DNA of 64,000 nucleotides from the NCBI GenBank assembly GCA_002269645.1, contig NIVC01003806.1, positions 12,090 through 76,089 on the forward strand. The letters run 5' to 3'. Source of the DNA: Macrostomum lignano (lineage: Eukaryota). The notes beneath the pieces were generated by a model. It did not search any database. It was not told the DNA's origin and saw nothing but the letters and a program-made list of their open reading frames with translations. Shown piece after piece: positions 1 to 11,625 of this stretch (positions within the stretch are counted from its first letter, which is position 1; the number at the start of each line of letters is the position of its first letter). Both the position numbers and the translations under genes were made by a program.

Positions 1-597
<597 letters not shown>

Positions 598-764
598 GCC
601 CGACTTGTGGTGGTCATCGGATATTACTGAGATCTCTAAGCCGTTCCATTTTTATAGTCATAGTTGTTCTCCCTGCAGCACTGCTTCAAATACTGTTGCA
701 AATTGTTTTTTTAGCATGCTGAGAGTCTGGTGTGGCCCAGGTTTAAAGGTGTCCTCTGCTTGCC

Positions 765-1022
765 GCTGGGCCAGCCTCCCAGATCCTCAGTTGCTGTGCC
801 AGCCTCCCAGATCCTCTGTTGCTGGGCCAGCCTCCCAGATCCTCAGTTGCTGGGCCAGCCTCCCAGATCCTCAGTTGCTGTGCCAGCCTCCCAGATCCTC
901 AGTTGCTGGGCCAGCCTCCCAGATCCTCAGTTGCTGTGCCAGCCTCCCAGATCCTCAGTTGCTGGGCCAGCCTCCCAGATCCTCAGTTGCTGGGCCAGCC
1001 TCCCAGATCCTCAGTTGCTGTT
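765..1022. repeat. 28-bp minisatellite (GGGCCAGCCTCCCAGATCCTCAGTTGCT)
   Basis: About 9 units; same family as 13965-14850. Confidence 0.9.
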
Positions 1023-1861
1023 CCTCCCTCCCATTTTTCTATTTAACCCAGCTGGTTGTCGGTGAGATTAGCACTGTGTATTATTTTAAACTATTTTTAC
1101 TGTTGATTCAGTGGTCCTTCGCTCCTTTTGCTGGTGGCACCTCATCGCCAATTATTGTACAGTACACAGCTAACATCATTCTGTTGCCCCCCTGTCCTTT
1201 ATTGAGACTGCTCTCTGAGGTAGGTAACAGTATATTTTCATTAACTTCGCATTGTACACTACCGCTTATCCTGCCTATCATTATTGATTCATAATTTGTC
1301 TGGCACTTGAGCACTAACTGGCTAAATTTTACTAGCATTCCTCACTCACTATCTGATTCATTAACTGATCCATAATTGCTGTGTAATTAGGCATGATCAT
1401 TTATAGATTACTGTATTTTTGTTTTATCAGTTTGTTTTGTACGCTTTAATGTTGGTCCCTGTCAGCGCCAGAGGAGAATTTCCCTGTAAACTTTTCAGCA
1501 TAGCAAACCCCCCCTCTATCACTGTTTTTCATTTAGGCTTGAAATATTGGCATTCCCTTTATGGTTTAATAAAATAAAGAATCATTGTGAAACTCGATCG
1601 GCCACTATTTTATCTGTGTCATTTTCATCATATGCGCGTATTTTTTAACTGTCCAAAGCTGTATTTTTTGTACTGTCAGCCCTGTCTGTCTAATTGTGCC
1701 TGGCAAATTCAGTAACTGTTATTTATTTTTATGAGTTCGTTTTGTCCGCGCTTTTCTTGAAGATCTTTGTGTACCTGATTATTGAGCTGTTAATTTAGTC
1801 ATTGCTTGCCGATATTCTTCATGCCTCTATGCTTATCATCGGCTTTCTGTATTCTGTGTGT

Positions 1862-2380
1862 CCCCCTGCTGTAGCTGAGTCTGTAATGACCCCTGCTGTA
1901 GCTGAGTCTGTAATGACCCCTGCTGTAGCTGAGTCTGTAATGACCCCTGCTGTAGCTGAGTCTGTAATGACCCCTGCTGTAGCTGAGTCTGTAATGACCC
2001 CTGCTGTAGCTGAGTCTGTAATGACCCCTGCTGTAGCTGAGTCTGTAATGACCCCTGCTGTAGCTGAGTCTGTAATGACCCCTGCTGTAGCTGAGTCTGT
2101 AATGACCCCTGCTGTAGCTGAGTCTGTAATGACCCCTGCTGTAGCTGAGTATGTAATGACCCCTGCTGTAGCTGAGTCTGTAATGACCCCTGCTGTAGCT
2201 GTGTCTCTAAGTACCCCTGCTGTAGCTGAGTATGTAAGGGACAATGACCCATGGTGTAACTGAGTCTGTAAGGGACGATGACACCTGCTGTAGCTGAGTC
2301 TGTAAGAGACAATGACCCCGGCTGTAGCTGTCTATAAGGGACAATGACCCCTGCTGTAACTGAGTCTGTGAAGGATGATT
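1862..2380. repeat. 27-bp minisatellite (CCCTGCTGTAGCTGAGTCTGTAATGAC)
   Basis: Tandem units produce the MTPAVAESV artefact ORF. Confidence 0.92.
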
Positions 2381-3017
2381 GCCCCAAACCTTCGTACTAG
2401 CACCATGATCAGTAAGGATACAGCAATGGCTATGTGAATCTAAGCAATTTATAAAGCTGCAAAGCTATCAGCAATGCATAGCTGTTTAGTTTGTGCACCG
2501 TGCTAACTTGGTCCCCTTCAGCTGTGCATCCGCTTGTATGTGTGCTCGTGTAGAAATATTTATTAATAACTGTTTGCGATTACATATTTCTGTGTTGGCA
2601 ATATAAAGAAGCACCAAATTAAGCGAAAAAGAAATATCAATATGGTAGGAGAATGATTTGTTATAATATACGTTTTTTCCTGATTCTGGGTGTTCGGCTG
2701 TTTTTCTGAACTCAAATCTTCGTCTTATTTGTTTGTTTCTTTGTATCGCGCTGGCTTCTGTCCAGGGTCTGAAGTCACCTCTGCGCACCTGTAGTGTATC
2801 CGATTAGGCTTGCAGAATTTTTTATCTTGTTTAATTGTTTAGCAATTTTATGGGAGCAATTTTGTTCCAGGGTTTAATCGGCAAATTGGTCATATTTTCT
2901 GCTGGGTGAAGAATTTTAAACTTGTCCTGTCCTCTACATGAATGCTGTGCACCTTGTGTACCTTTCATCCGTGCTCTTGAGTTTGGTTTGTTGGGTCTTG
3001 TGGCCAGCTGTGTCTTG

Positions 3018-3190
3018 TGTGGGTCTAGTGTGGGGTTTGTGTGGGTCTAGTGTGGGGTTTGTGTGGGTCTAGTGTGGGGTTTGTGTGGGGTTTGTGTGGG
3101 TCTAGTGTGGGTCTAGTGTGGGGTTTGTGTGAGTCTAGTATGGGGTTTGTGTGGGTCTAGTGTGGGGTTTGTGTGGGTCTAGTGTGGTTA
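3018..3190. repeat. ~22-bp GT-rich repeat (GTGTGGGTCTAGTGTGGGGTTT)
   Basis: Direct reading. Confidence 0.8.
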
Positions 3191-3429
3191 TAGCGTGAGG
3201 TTTTTGTTGGTTTAGTGAGTTCTTTGTGAATTTAGCGGCTGTGTGGGTTATTGGGGTCAGTTTGTCTGGTTTAAAGTCGCTGCTGTGAGTTCGATATGTA
3301 TGCTTTGTGTTCCAGTTGCCGCACTGCTTCTCCCCATGGTTCAAGTGATGCACACAGCACTTTATCTCGCATGATTTCAGCAACCAGTCGAGCCGATAGA
3401 ATAAACGCGAGTTGCTCCGCTGTGTTGCC

Positions 3430-6400
3430 ATGGCAACCAACCAGCACAAGCAGAGTCGGGCCCAATCGCCAATATCCAGGCTGAAGTCGCACCACTCGCG
3501 AGCATTCGAGAGCTTGGCGGCCGCGCTCGACTTGGACGAGCGCCTGCAGCAGACGGAGGCCTCGGCGGAGCAGCTGCGCTCTCTGATCAGTTTGTACCGG
3601 AAGGGCGTGGCCGAGCTGGAGCACGGACTGGCCGTCCGGCCGGACTCGGCCACCAAGGCAGATCCGGCCAAAGCCAGCAAGCTGGCCAGCATCCAGGCCA
3701 AGATGAAGGCCAACCTGGCGCAGGCCGGCGAGAGACTGGCCACTGCGGAGGCTGGGCTGGAGCGGCTGAGGAAACAGCCGGCGCAGAGTGCGGCCAAGCC
3801 CGCGTGAGTGCGCGGGTGTGGGATTGGTGTGGGATTGGGTATGGGATTTGTGTGGGATTGGGTATGGGGTTTGTGTGGGATTGGGTATGGGATTTGTGTG
3901 GGATTGGGTATGGGGTTTGTGTGGGATTGGGTATGGGATTTGTGTGGGATTGGGTATGGGGTTTGTGTGGGATTGGGTATGGGATTTGTGTGGGATCGGG
4001 TGTGGGATTGGTGTGCGGTTTGTGTGGGATTGGGTATGGAGTTTGTGTGGGATTGGGTATGGGATTGGTGTGGGATTTGTGTGGGATTGGGTATGGAGTT
4101 TGTGTGAGATTGGGTGTGGGATTGGTGTGGGGTTTGTGTGGGATTGGGTGTGGAATTGGTGTGGGGTTTGTGTGGGATTGGGTATGGGATTTGTGTGGGA
4201 TTGGGTATGAGGTTTGTGTGGGATTGGGTATGGGATCTGTGTGGGATTTTTGTGCGATCAGGTGCTGTGGGAAAGTGTGTATTAAGTGTTGTAATGATAA
4301 GGGATATAAAATCTAGGATATTCAAGGTATGGGATACACTGAATGTGGGATAGATTGGGTATTGGATAGATAGGGTGTGGGATAGATGGAGTGTGGGATA
4401 GATAGGATGTGGGATAGATTGGGTGTGGGATAGATGGAGTGTGGGTTAGATGGAGTGTGGGTTAGATAGGGTGTGGGATAAATTGGGTGTGGGATAGATG
4501 GAGTGTGGGTTAGATAGGGTGTGGGATAGATGGAGTGTGGGATAGATAGGATGTGGGATAGATTGGGTGTGGGATAGATTGGGTGTGGGATAGATAGGAT
4601 GTGGGATAGATTGGGTGTGGGATAGATTGGGTGTGGGATAGATAGGATGTGGGATAGATTGGGTGTGGGATAGATTGGGTGTGGGATAGATAGGATGTGG
4701 GATAGATTGGGTGTGGGATAGATTGGGTGTGGAATAGATGGGTGTGGAATAGATGGGTGTGGGATAGATGGGTGTGGGATAGATGGGTGTGGGATAGATG
4801 GGTGTGGGATAGATCAGGTGTGGGATAGATAGGGTGTGGAATAGATGGGTGTGGGATAGATGGGTGTGGGATAGGCTAAATACCATGCATCATAAGCCGG
4901 CCTACTGCATGAAAAGCCCCCAGTAGCCGCAGCCCCTCCTCCGCCTTCGCCAGCCGCGCCACCCGGAAGCAGCAGCCGCACAAGCCGCCGGCAGCAGCGC
5001 GAGCAGCTCCGGTCTCCTCCTTGGCGGCCGAGCTGAAAGGCGTGGACCCGGGCCTGGCCAACTCAATCCTGAACGAAGTGCTGGACAGATCGCCCGGCGT
5101 CGGCTTCGACGATGTCGTCGGCAACGAGGCGGCCAAGCAGGCGCTGCGGGAGGCCACGGTGCTGCCCAGCCTGCGGCCCGACCTGTTCGGCGGCCTGCGC
5201 CAGCCGGCCAGGGCGGTGCTGCTGTTCGGACCGCCTGGCAACGGCAAAACCCTACTGGCCAAGGCTGTGGCCACGGAGGCCGGCGGCGTGTTCTTCAACA
5301 TCTCGGCCGGCTCGCTGATGTCCAAGTGGGTTGGCGAGGCCGAGAAGCTGGTGCGGGCCCTGTTCGCCCTGGCGAGGCAGCTGGCGCCCGCTGTGATCTT
5401 TATCGACGAAGTCGACTCCATACTGAGCGTTCGCGGTGACAAGGTGAGGATTAATTGCAGGAATCGCCCCTCAACCCTACACAGAATCGCCCCCCAATCC
5501 CACAGGAAATCGCCCCTCAACCTCACAGAGTATCGCCCCAATCCCACAAAGAATCGCCCCTCAACTCTACAAACAATCGCCTCTCAATCGCCCCTCAAGC
5601 CCACAAAGAATGCCCCCTCAACCCCACAAGAATCGCCCTCAACCCCACAAAGAATCGCCCCTCAACCCCACAAAGAATCGCCCCTCAACCCCACAAAGAA
5701 TCGCCCCAATCCCACAAAGAATCGCCCCTCAACTCTACAAACAATCGCCTCTCAATCGCCCCTCAAGCCCACAAAGAATGCCCCCTCAACACCGCGAAGA
5801 ATCGCCCCTCAACACCGCGAAGAATCGCCCCTCAACCCCACAGAGAATCGCCCCTCAACCCCACAAAGAATCGCCCCTCAACCCCACAAAGAATCGCCCC
5901 TCAACCCCACAAAGAATCGCCCCTCAATCCCACAAACAATCGCCTCTCAATCGCCCCTCAAGCCCACAAAGAATGCCCCTCAACACCGCGAAGAATCGCC
6001 CCTCAACCCCGCGAAGAATCGCCCCTCAACCCCACAGAGAATCGCCCCTCAACCCGCGAAGAATCGCCCCGAGTTCACCGAAGCCTACTGCATTCCAGGA
6101 AACCGAGGTGTCCCGTCGCCTGAAGACGCAATTCCTCGTCGAACTGGACGGTGTCCGAGCCGCCGACGACGACAGCTCGGACGCCGGTGGCAAGCGGAAA
6201 GGCAGCGGCGGCATCTTCCTTCTGGCGGCCACGAACCGGCCGGCCGAGATTGACCCGGCCGTTGTCCGTCGATTCGGCCGCCGGCTGTACATCGGCATGC
6301 CGGACAGCCGGTGCCGGCTGAACCTCCTGAGCTGCCTTCTGGCCAAGCACGATTCCGTTGACGTGTCCGAAGCTGAGCTGCGCGAGCTGGCCGAGCTCAC

Positions 6401-6635
6401 CGACGGCTACTCGGCCAGCGACCTGGCCAACCTGGCCCGTGAAGCCGCCATGGAGCCGCTGCGGCAGATCCGACCGGATCGCCTAGCAACTGTTGCTAAG
6501 GCCGCCGTCCGGCCGTTGAGGGGTGAGGATTTACGAAACTGCCTGGCCAGGGTGCGGCCGAGCGTGCCGCCCGAGAGTCTGGCCGAGCTGCTGGACTGGA
6601 GCGAGAAGTACGGCTCGGACGGTGGGGCCTCTTAA
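3430..6635 (+). CDS. SPAST: Spastin (MIT + AAA ATPase), about 476 aa; exons 3430-3803, 4924-5443, 6099-6635
   Basis: Exon 1 encodes a MIT domain ([16 protein letters not shown]...[13 protein letters not shown]). The AAA domain has the spastin-type Walker A GPPGNGKT, Walker [27 protein letters not shown] and [12 protein letters not shown]. Donors GTGAGT 3804 and GTGAGG 5444; acceptors CAG 4923 (in-phase alternatives at 4926 and 4932) and CAG 6098. Phases are consistent (2, 0). Confidence 0.93.
3812..4874. repeat. G/T-rich satellites filling spastin intron 1 (GTGTGGGATTGGGTATGG.. then GGGTGTGGGATAGAT..)
   Basis: Two related degenerate arrays, read directly. Confidence 0.88.
5460..6070. repeat. 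AAGAATCGCCCCTCAACCCCAC-type minisatellite filling spastin intron 2
   Basis: Direct reading; it includes larger block duplications. Confidence 0.9.
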
Positions 6636-6769
6636 CTGGCTGTAGCCTGGCAACCGCGTCCCCATGCTCTTTGTGGGTGCTCTGAGTTCCATTCCGTTCG
6701 TTCTAGTTGGTCACGCTTAATTGCTTCATTGATTCTCAATATTTTGATGGATAGATGCTTTTAGGGTTG

Positions 6770-7720
6770 ATTGTCTCAGGGTGAGATTCACTAGTAATGG
6801 GTTTTCTCATGGTGAGATTCAATAGTAATGGGTTTTCTCATGGTGAGATTCTTTAGAAATGTGTTTCTCCAGGTGATATTCTTTATTGGATGGTTTCCTC
6901 GGGGTGAGATTCTTCAAGTAGTTATTTTCTCAGGGTGAGATTCTTCAAGTAATGGTTTTCTCAGGGTGAGATTCTTCAAGTAATGGTTTTCTCAGGGTGA
7001 GATTCTTCAAGTAATGGTTTTCTCAGGGTGAGATTCTTTATGGGATGTTTTCCTCAGGGTGAGATTCTTTATGGGATGTTTTCCTCAGGGTGAGATTCTT
7101 TATGGGATGTTTTCCTCAGGGTGAGATTCTTTATGGGATGTTTTCCTCAGGGTGAGATTCTTTATGGGATGTTTTCCTCAGGGTGAGATTCTTTATGGGA
7201 TGTTTTCCCCAGGGTGAGATTCTTTATGGGATGTTTTCCTCAGGGTGAGATTCTTTATGGGATGTTTTCCTCAGGGTGAGATTCTTTAAATGATGGTTTT
7301 CTCAGGGTGAGATTCTTTAAATGATGGTTTGCTCAGGGTGAGATTCTTTAAATGATGGTTTTCTCAGGGTGAGATTCTTTAAATGATGGTTTTCTCAGGG
7401 TGAGATTCTTTAAATGATGGTTTTCTCAGGGTGAGATTCTTTAAATTATGGTTTTCTCAGGGTGAGATTCTTTAAATGATGGTTTTCTCAGGGTGAGATT
7501 CTTTAAATGATGGTTTTCTCAGGGTGAGATTCTTTAAATGATGGTTTTCTCAGGGTGAGATTCTTTAAATGATGGTTTTCTCAGGGTGAGATTCTTTAAA
7601 TGATGGTTTTCTCAGGGTGAGATTCTTTAAATGATGGTTTTCTCAGGGTGAGATTCTTTAAATGATGGTTTTCTCAGGGTGAGATTCTTTAAATGATGGT
7701 TTCCTCAGAGTGAGATTCTT
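6770..7720. repeat. 31-bp minisatellite (CAGGGTGAGATTCTTTAAATGATGGTTTTCT) with three sequential variant blocks
   Basis: Direct reading; 31-bp period. Confidence 0.92.
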
Positions 7721-8264
7721 AGGATCTTCCCGGTGGATACGCGAGACTGAGACTCCCTGCGAGTGTCCATCACAGGGGTGAAAAGTTCAACGTAAAAAGT
7801 TCTCTCCTACACAATTAACCTACTTTCATTCAAGATTTCCTTTCATCGCCTACCAAATTTCCTGAGAGACTGGTTTTCCGTTTCAATTTTTGAATGCAAT
7901 TGTTCTTGCTTAATTGAGTTTTATGCAGCATTTTGGACGCTGGTTTCCCCGTTCTCTTGTTCCCTGGTCTTCGCGGGACTAATTAACAAGGTTTCCTGCT
8001 TTTAGACAGGTGCGAAAATTTATTAAAATTAATTTCCTACGATATATAAATTAAATTATCCCGCTTCACTTCTGCTGATGGAGACTCCAGATAATGGAAG
8101 TCCCCAGAGACTGTTTAATCTCTAAATCCTTTTGATTTGTTAGTTCTGCGCCTCAGGCGCCCATCCATGACATGCAATCGAATTTGTTGACTTGCTTCCT
8201 GTGCGAGAACCCCGTACTTCTCGTACTTTGTAACTCTTTGCGCCTCCTGCACTTGCTTTTGCCA

Positions 8265-8855
8265 CCCTCAGTTTGGTCCTTCGGTGGTCCTCTGCCGCCC
8301 CCAGTTTGGGTCCTTCGGTGGTCCTCTGCCGCCCCCAGTTTGGGTCCTTCGGTGGTCCTCTGCCGCCCCCAGTTTGGGTCCTTCGGTGGTCCTCTGCCAT
8401 CCTCAGTTGGGTCCTTCGGTGGTCCTCTGTCATCCTCAGTTTGGTCCTTCGGTGGTCCTCTGCCGCCCCCAGTTTGGGTCCTTCGGTGGTCCTCTGCCGC
8501 CCCCAGTTTGGGTCCTTCGGTGGTCCTCTGCCGCCCCCAGTTTGGGTCCTTCGGTGGTCCTCTGTCATCCTCAGTTTGGTCTTTCGGTGTTCCTCTGCCA
8601 TCCTCAGTTTGGTCCTTCGGTGGTCCTCTGCCGCCCCCAGTTTGGGTCCTTCGGTGGTCCTCTGCCGCCCCCAGTTTGGGTCCTTCGGTGGTCCTCTGCC
8701 ATCCTCAGTTTGGTCCTTCGGTGGTCCTCTGCCGCCCCCAGTTTGGGTCCTTCGGTGGTCCTCTGCCGCCCCCAGTTTGGGTCCTTCGGTGGTCCTCTGT
8801 CATCCTCAGTTTGGTCCTTCGGTGGTCCTCTGCCGCCCCCAGTTTGGGTCCTTCC
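8265..8855. repeat. 33/34-bp minisatellite (GGTCCTTCGGTGGTCCTCTGCCGCCCCCAGTTTG)
   Basis: Direct reading. Confidence 0.92.
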
Positions 8856-9172
8856 TTGAAATTGAGTTCTCTAAATCTTGTCTGACACACTGACAGATAT
8901 CATTTTTTGCAATGAAAATACGCCAGTAATTTCCCGAGTATTTTTGCACTTTGCATCAAATCGAAAAAAATTATTTGGATTTTTACCTGCTTTTCTATTG
9001 TGTAATGCGCGCTTCAACTGTGTAGTTAACTAAGATGTTCACCTGTGGGTTGGTCTGTAAATTCAATGTGTCTTTAAAAATACACTGAGATTTGTGCATC
9101 TGTGTCTGTTCACTGGCTTTCATTGGCTAATAATTATGCTGATTACTATTCGCCAATCTTCTTCACTGCAAT

Positions 9173-9570
9173 TTGTATTTGATGATTAGCCATGGTGCCT
9201 GGGTAAGCTGTTTTTGATGATTAGCCATGGTGCCTGGGTAAGCTGTATTTGATGATTAGCCATGGTGCCTGGGTAAGCTGTTTTTGATGATTAGCCATGG
9301 TGCCTGGGTAAGCTGTATTTGATGATTAGCCATGGTGCCTGGGTAAGCTGTTTTTGATGATTAGCCATGGTGCCTGGGTAAGCTGTATTTGATGATTAGC
9401 CATGGTGCCTGGGTAAGCTGTATTTGATGATTAGCCATGGTGCCTGGGTAAGCTGTTTTTGATGATTAGCCATGGTGCCTGGGTAAGCTGTTTTTGATGA
9501 TTAGCCATGGTGCCTGGGTAAGCTGTTTTTGATGATTAGCCATGGTGCCTGGGTAAGCTGTTTTTGATTA
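9173..9570. repeat. 35-bp minisatellite (GATGATTAGCCATGGTGCCTGGGTAAGCTGT(A/T)TTT)
   Basis: About 11 units. Confidence 0.92.
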
Positions 9571-9589
9571 GGCCAATTTTTTATGAGAC

Positions 9590-10405
9590 TGAGGTTGGTG
9601 AAGCTGTACTTCTATACCTGATGAACTGAAGCTGAGTTTGATGAAGCTGTACTTCTATACCTGATGAACTGAAGCTGAGGTTGATGAAGCTGTACTTCTA
9701 TACCTGATGAACTGAAGCTGAGGTTGGTGAAGCTGTACTTCTATACCTGATGAGCAGAAGCTGAAGTTGGTGAAGCTGTACTTCTATACCTGATGAACTG
9801 AAGCTGAGTTTGATGAAGCTGTACTTCTATACCTGATGAACTGAAGCTGAGGTTGGTGAATCTGTACTTCTATACCTGATGAACTGAAGCTGAGGTTGGT
9901 GAAGCTGTACTTCTATACCTGATGAACTGAAGCTGAGCTTGATGAAGCTGTACTTCTATACCTGATGAACTGAAGCTGAGCTTGATGAAGCTGTACTTCT
10001 ATACCTGATGAACTGAAGCTGAGCTTGATGAAGCTGTACTTCTATACCTGATGAACTGAAGCTGAGCTTGATGAAGCTGTACTTCTATACCTGATGAGCC
10101 AAAGCTGAGCTTGATGTACCTGTACTTCTATACCTGATGAGCCAAAGCTGAGCTTGATGTACCTGTACTTCTATACCTGATGAGCCAAAGCTGAGCTTGA
10201 TGTACCTGTACTTCTATACCTGTTGAACAGAAGCTGAGGTTGGTGAAGCTGTACTTCTATACCTGATGAACTGAAGCTGAGGTTGGTGAAGCTGTACTTC
10301 TATACCTGAAAAACTGAAGCTGAGGCTGATGGAGCTGTACTTCTATACCTGAGGAGCAGAAGCTGAGGCTGATGGAGCTGTACCTGCTGAGGCTGATGGA
10401 GCTGA
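9590..10405. repeat. 43-bp minisatellite (AAGCTGTACTTCTATACCTGATGAACTGAAGCTGAGGTTGGTG)
   Basis: About 18 units, directly abutting the 35-bp array. Confidence 0.92.
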
Positions 10406-10756
10406 GGTACCTATTATTTTAGATCCGGGAATTCTTTCAAGCAGCTATTTTTATCCGTAGGTCTCGCAGCTCACACCGTCTACCTTGCTGGGCTTGAGGC
10501 CGTGAATACTGCCCTCAGACCGCTACAGCCCCTTCTGTGCTTGCAGCTGATGTACAGCATTTTTGCTGCTCGATTCTTTTCGCAGTTCCGTCTCCGCAGC
10601 ATCACTGGTTCGGAGACTGCCGGATGTAGCCACTTCTCCATTCGGGGCCCGAAATGTCGCGAACTGTCTGTGTGGCAGAAGTATCGATTTCGGCCTTCCC
10701 GCCTTTGCCGCCTGTCTGGTGCCGAGACTTTCTTTGCTGGCGCTAGTTATTCAGCC

Positions 10757-11030
10757 TTGCTAGATTAGCAATCCATTCTATTATATTCATATTGGCTAGA
10801 TTAGCAATCCATTCTATTCTGTTCATATTGGCTAGATTAGCAATCCATTCTATTATATTCATATTGGCTAGATTAGCAATCCATTCTATTCTGTTCATAT
10901 TGGCTAGATTAGCAATCCATTCTATTCTGTTCATATTGGCTAGATTAGCAATCCATTCTATTCTGTTCATATTAGCTAGATTAGCAATCCATTTAATTCC
11001 TACAGACATGACTGAACAGATTAGCAATCG
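10757..11030. repeat. 36-bp minisatellite (TTAGCAATCCATTCTATTCTGTTCATATTGGCTAGA)
   Basis: About 7 units. Confidence 0.9.
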
Positions 11031-11431
11031 ATTTTATCTTGTCTCATCTTGACAGTTGCAGTAAATCTCTCTAGCATGCCGAGTTGTCAACAGAGTTTTC
11101 GTTTTCGATTCATCGCTCTTAACTGACCGCCTTTGTCTGCTGCAGGATTTTGGCAAAATCAATATCCAGTTTATCACGAAATCGCGCGCTGAAACGCCTG
11201 TTTATCCGCGGCTCAGACATTTGCAGTGAAATCCGGATCTCGCCTTAAAATTGTCTTCAATCCGAGCTCCTGTGATTTTGCTTACTGCCAAAGGCCAAGC
11301 ATTTCCAGTTTCTGTTAATTTCCTTGCAATTGTCTTGTGATGAGCAAAATATACTTAAGAATTAATTAGTAGTTCAGGGCTTTGGGTAAATTCTTATCTG
11401 AGGTGGGAAATTGTCTCAGCAATCACCTTTT

Positions 11432-11625
11432 ATGAGTGCCTGCGGCGCTAAAATGAGTGCCTGTGGCGCCAAATTGAATGCCTGCGGCGCTAAAATGAAT
11501 GCGTGCGGCGCTAAAATGAATGCCTGCGGAGCTAAAATGAATGCGTGCGGCGCTAAAGTGAATGCGTGCGGCGCTAAAATGAATGCCTGCAGCGCTAAAA
11601 TGAGTGCCTGCGGCGCCAAAATGAG
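11432..11625. repeat. 21-bp minisatellite (ATGAATGCCTGCGGCGCTAAA)
   Basis: About 9 units. Confidence 0.88.

Noticed and set aside
5444-6253. 410-aa single-exon spastin ORF 5021-6253
   Set aside because: It reads through a satellite-filled 655-nt intron; the true AAA continuation is in another frame from 6099.
9173-10405. 35-bp and 43-bp arrays as a CRISPR array
   Set aside because: The units are contiguous with no unique spacers, there are no cas genes, and the context is eukaryotic.
9590-10405. Hammerhead ribozyme (CTGATGA in each unit)
   Set aside because: There is no downstream CGAAA and no stem II/III geometry; GAAG follows instead.
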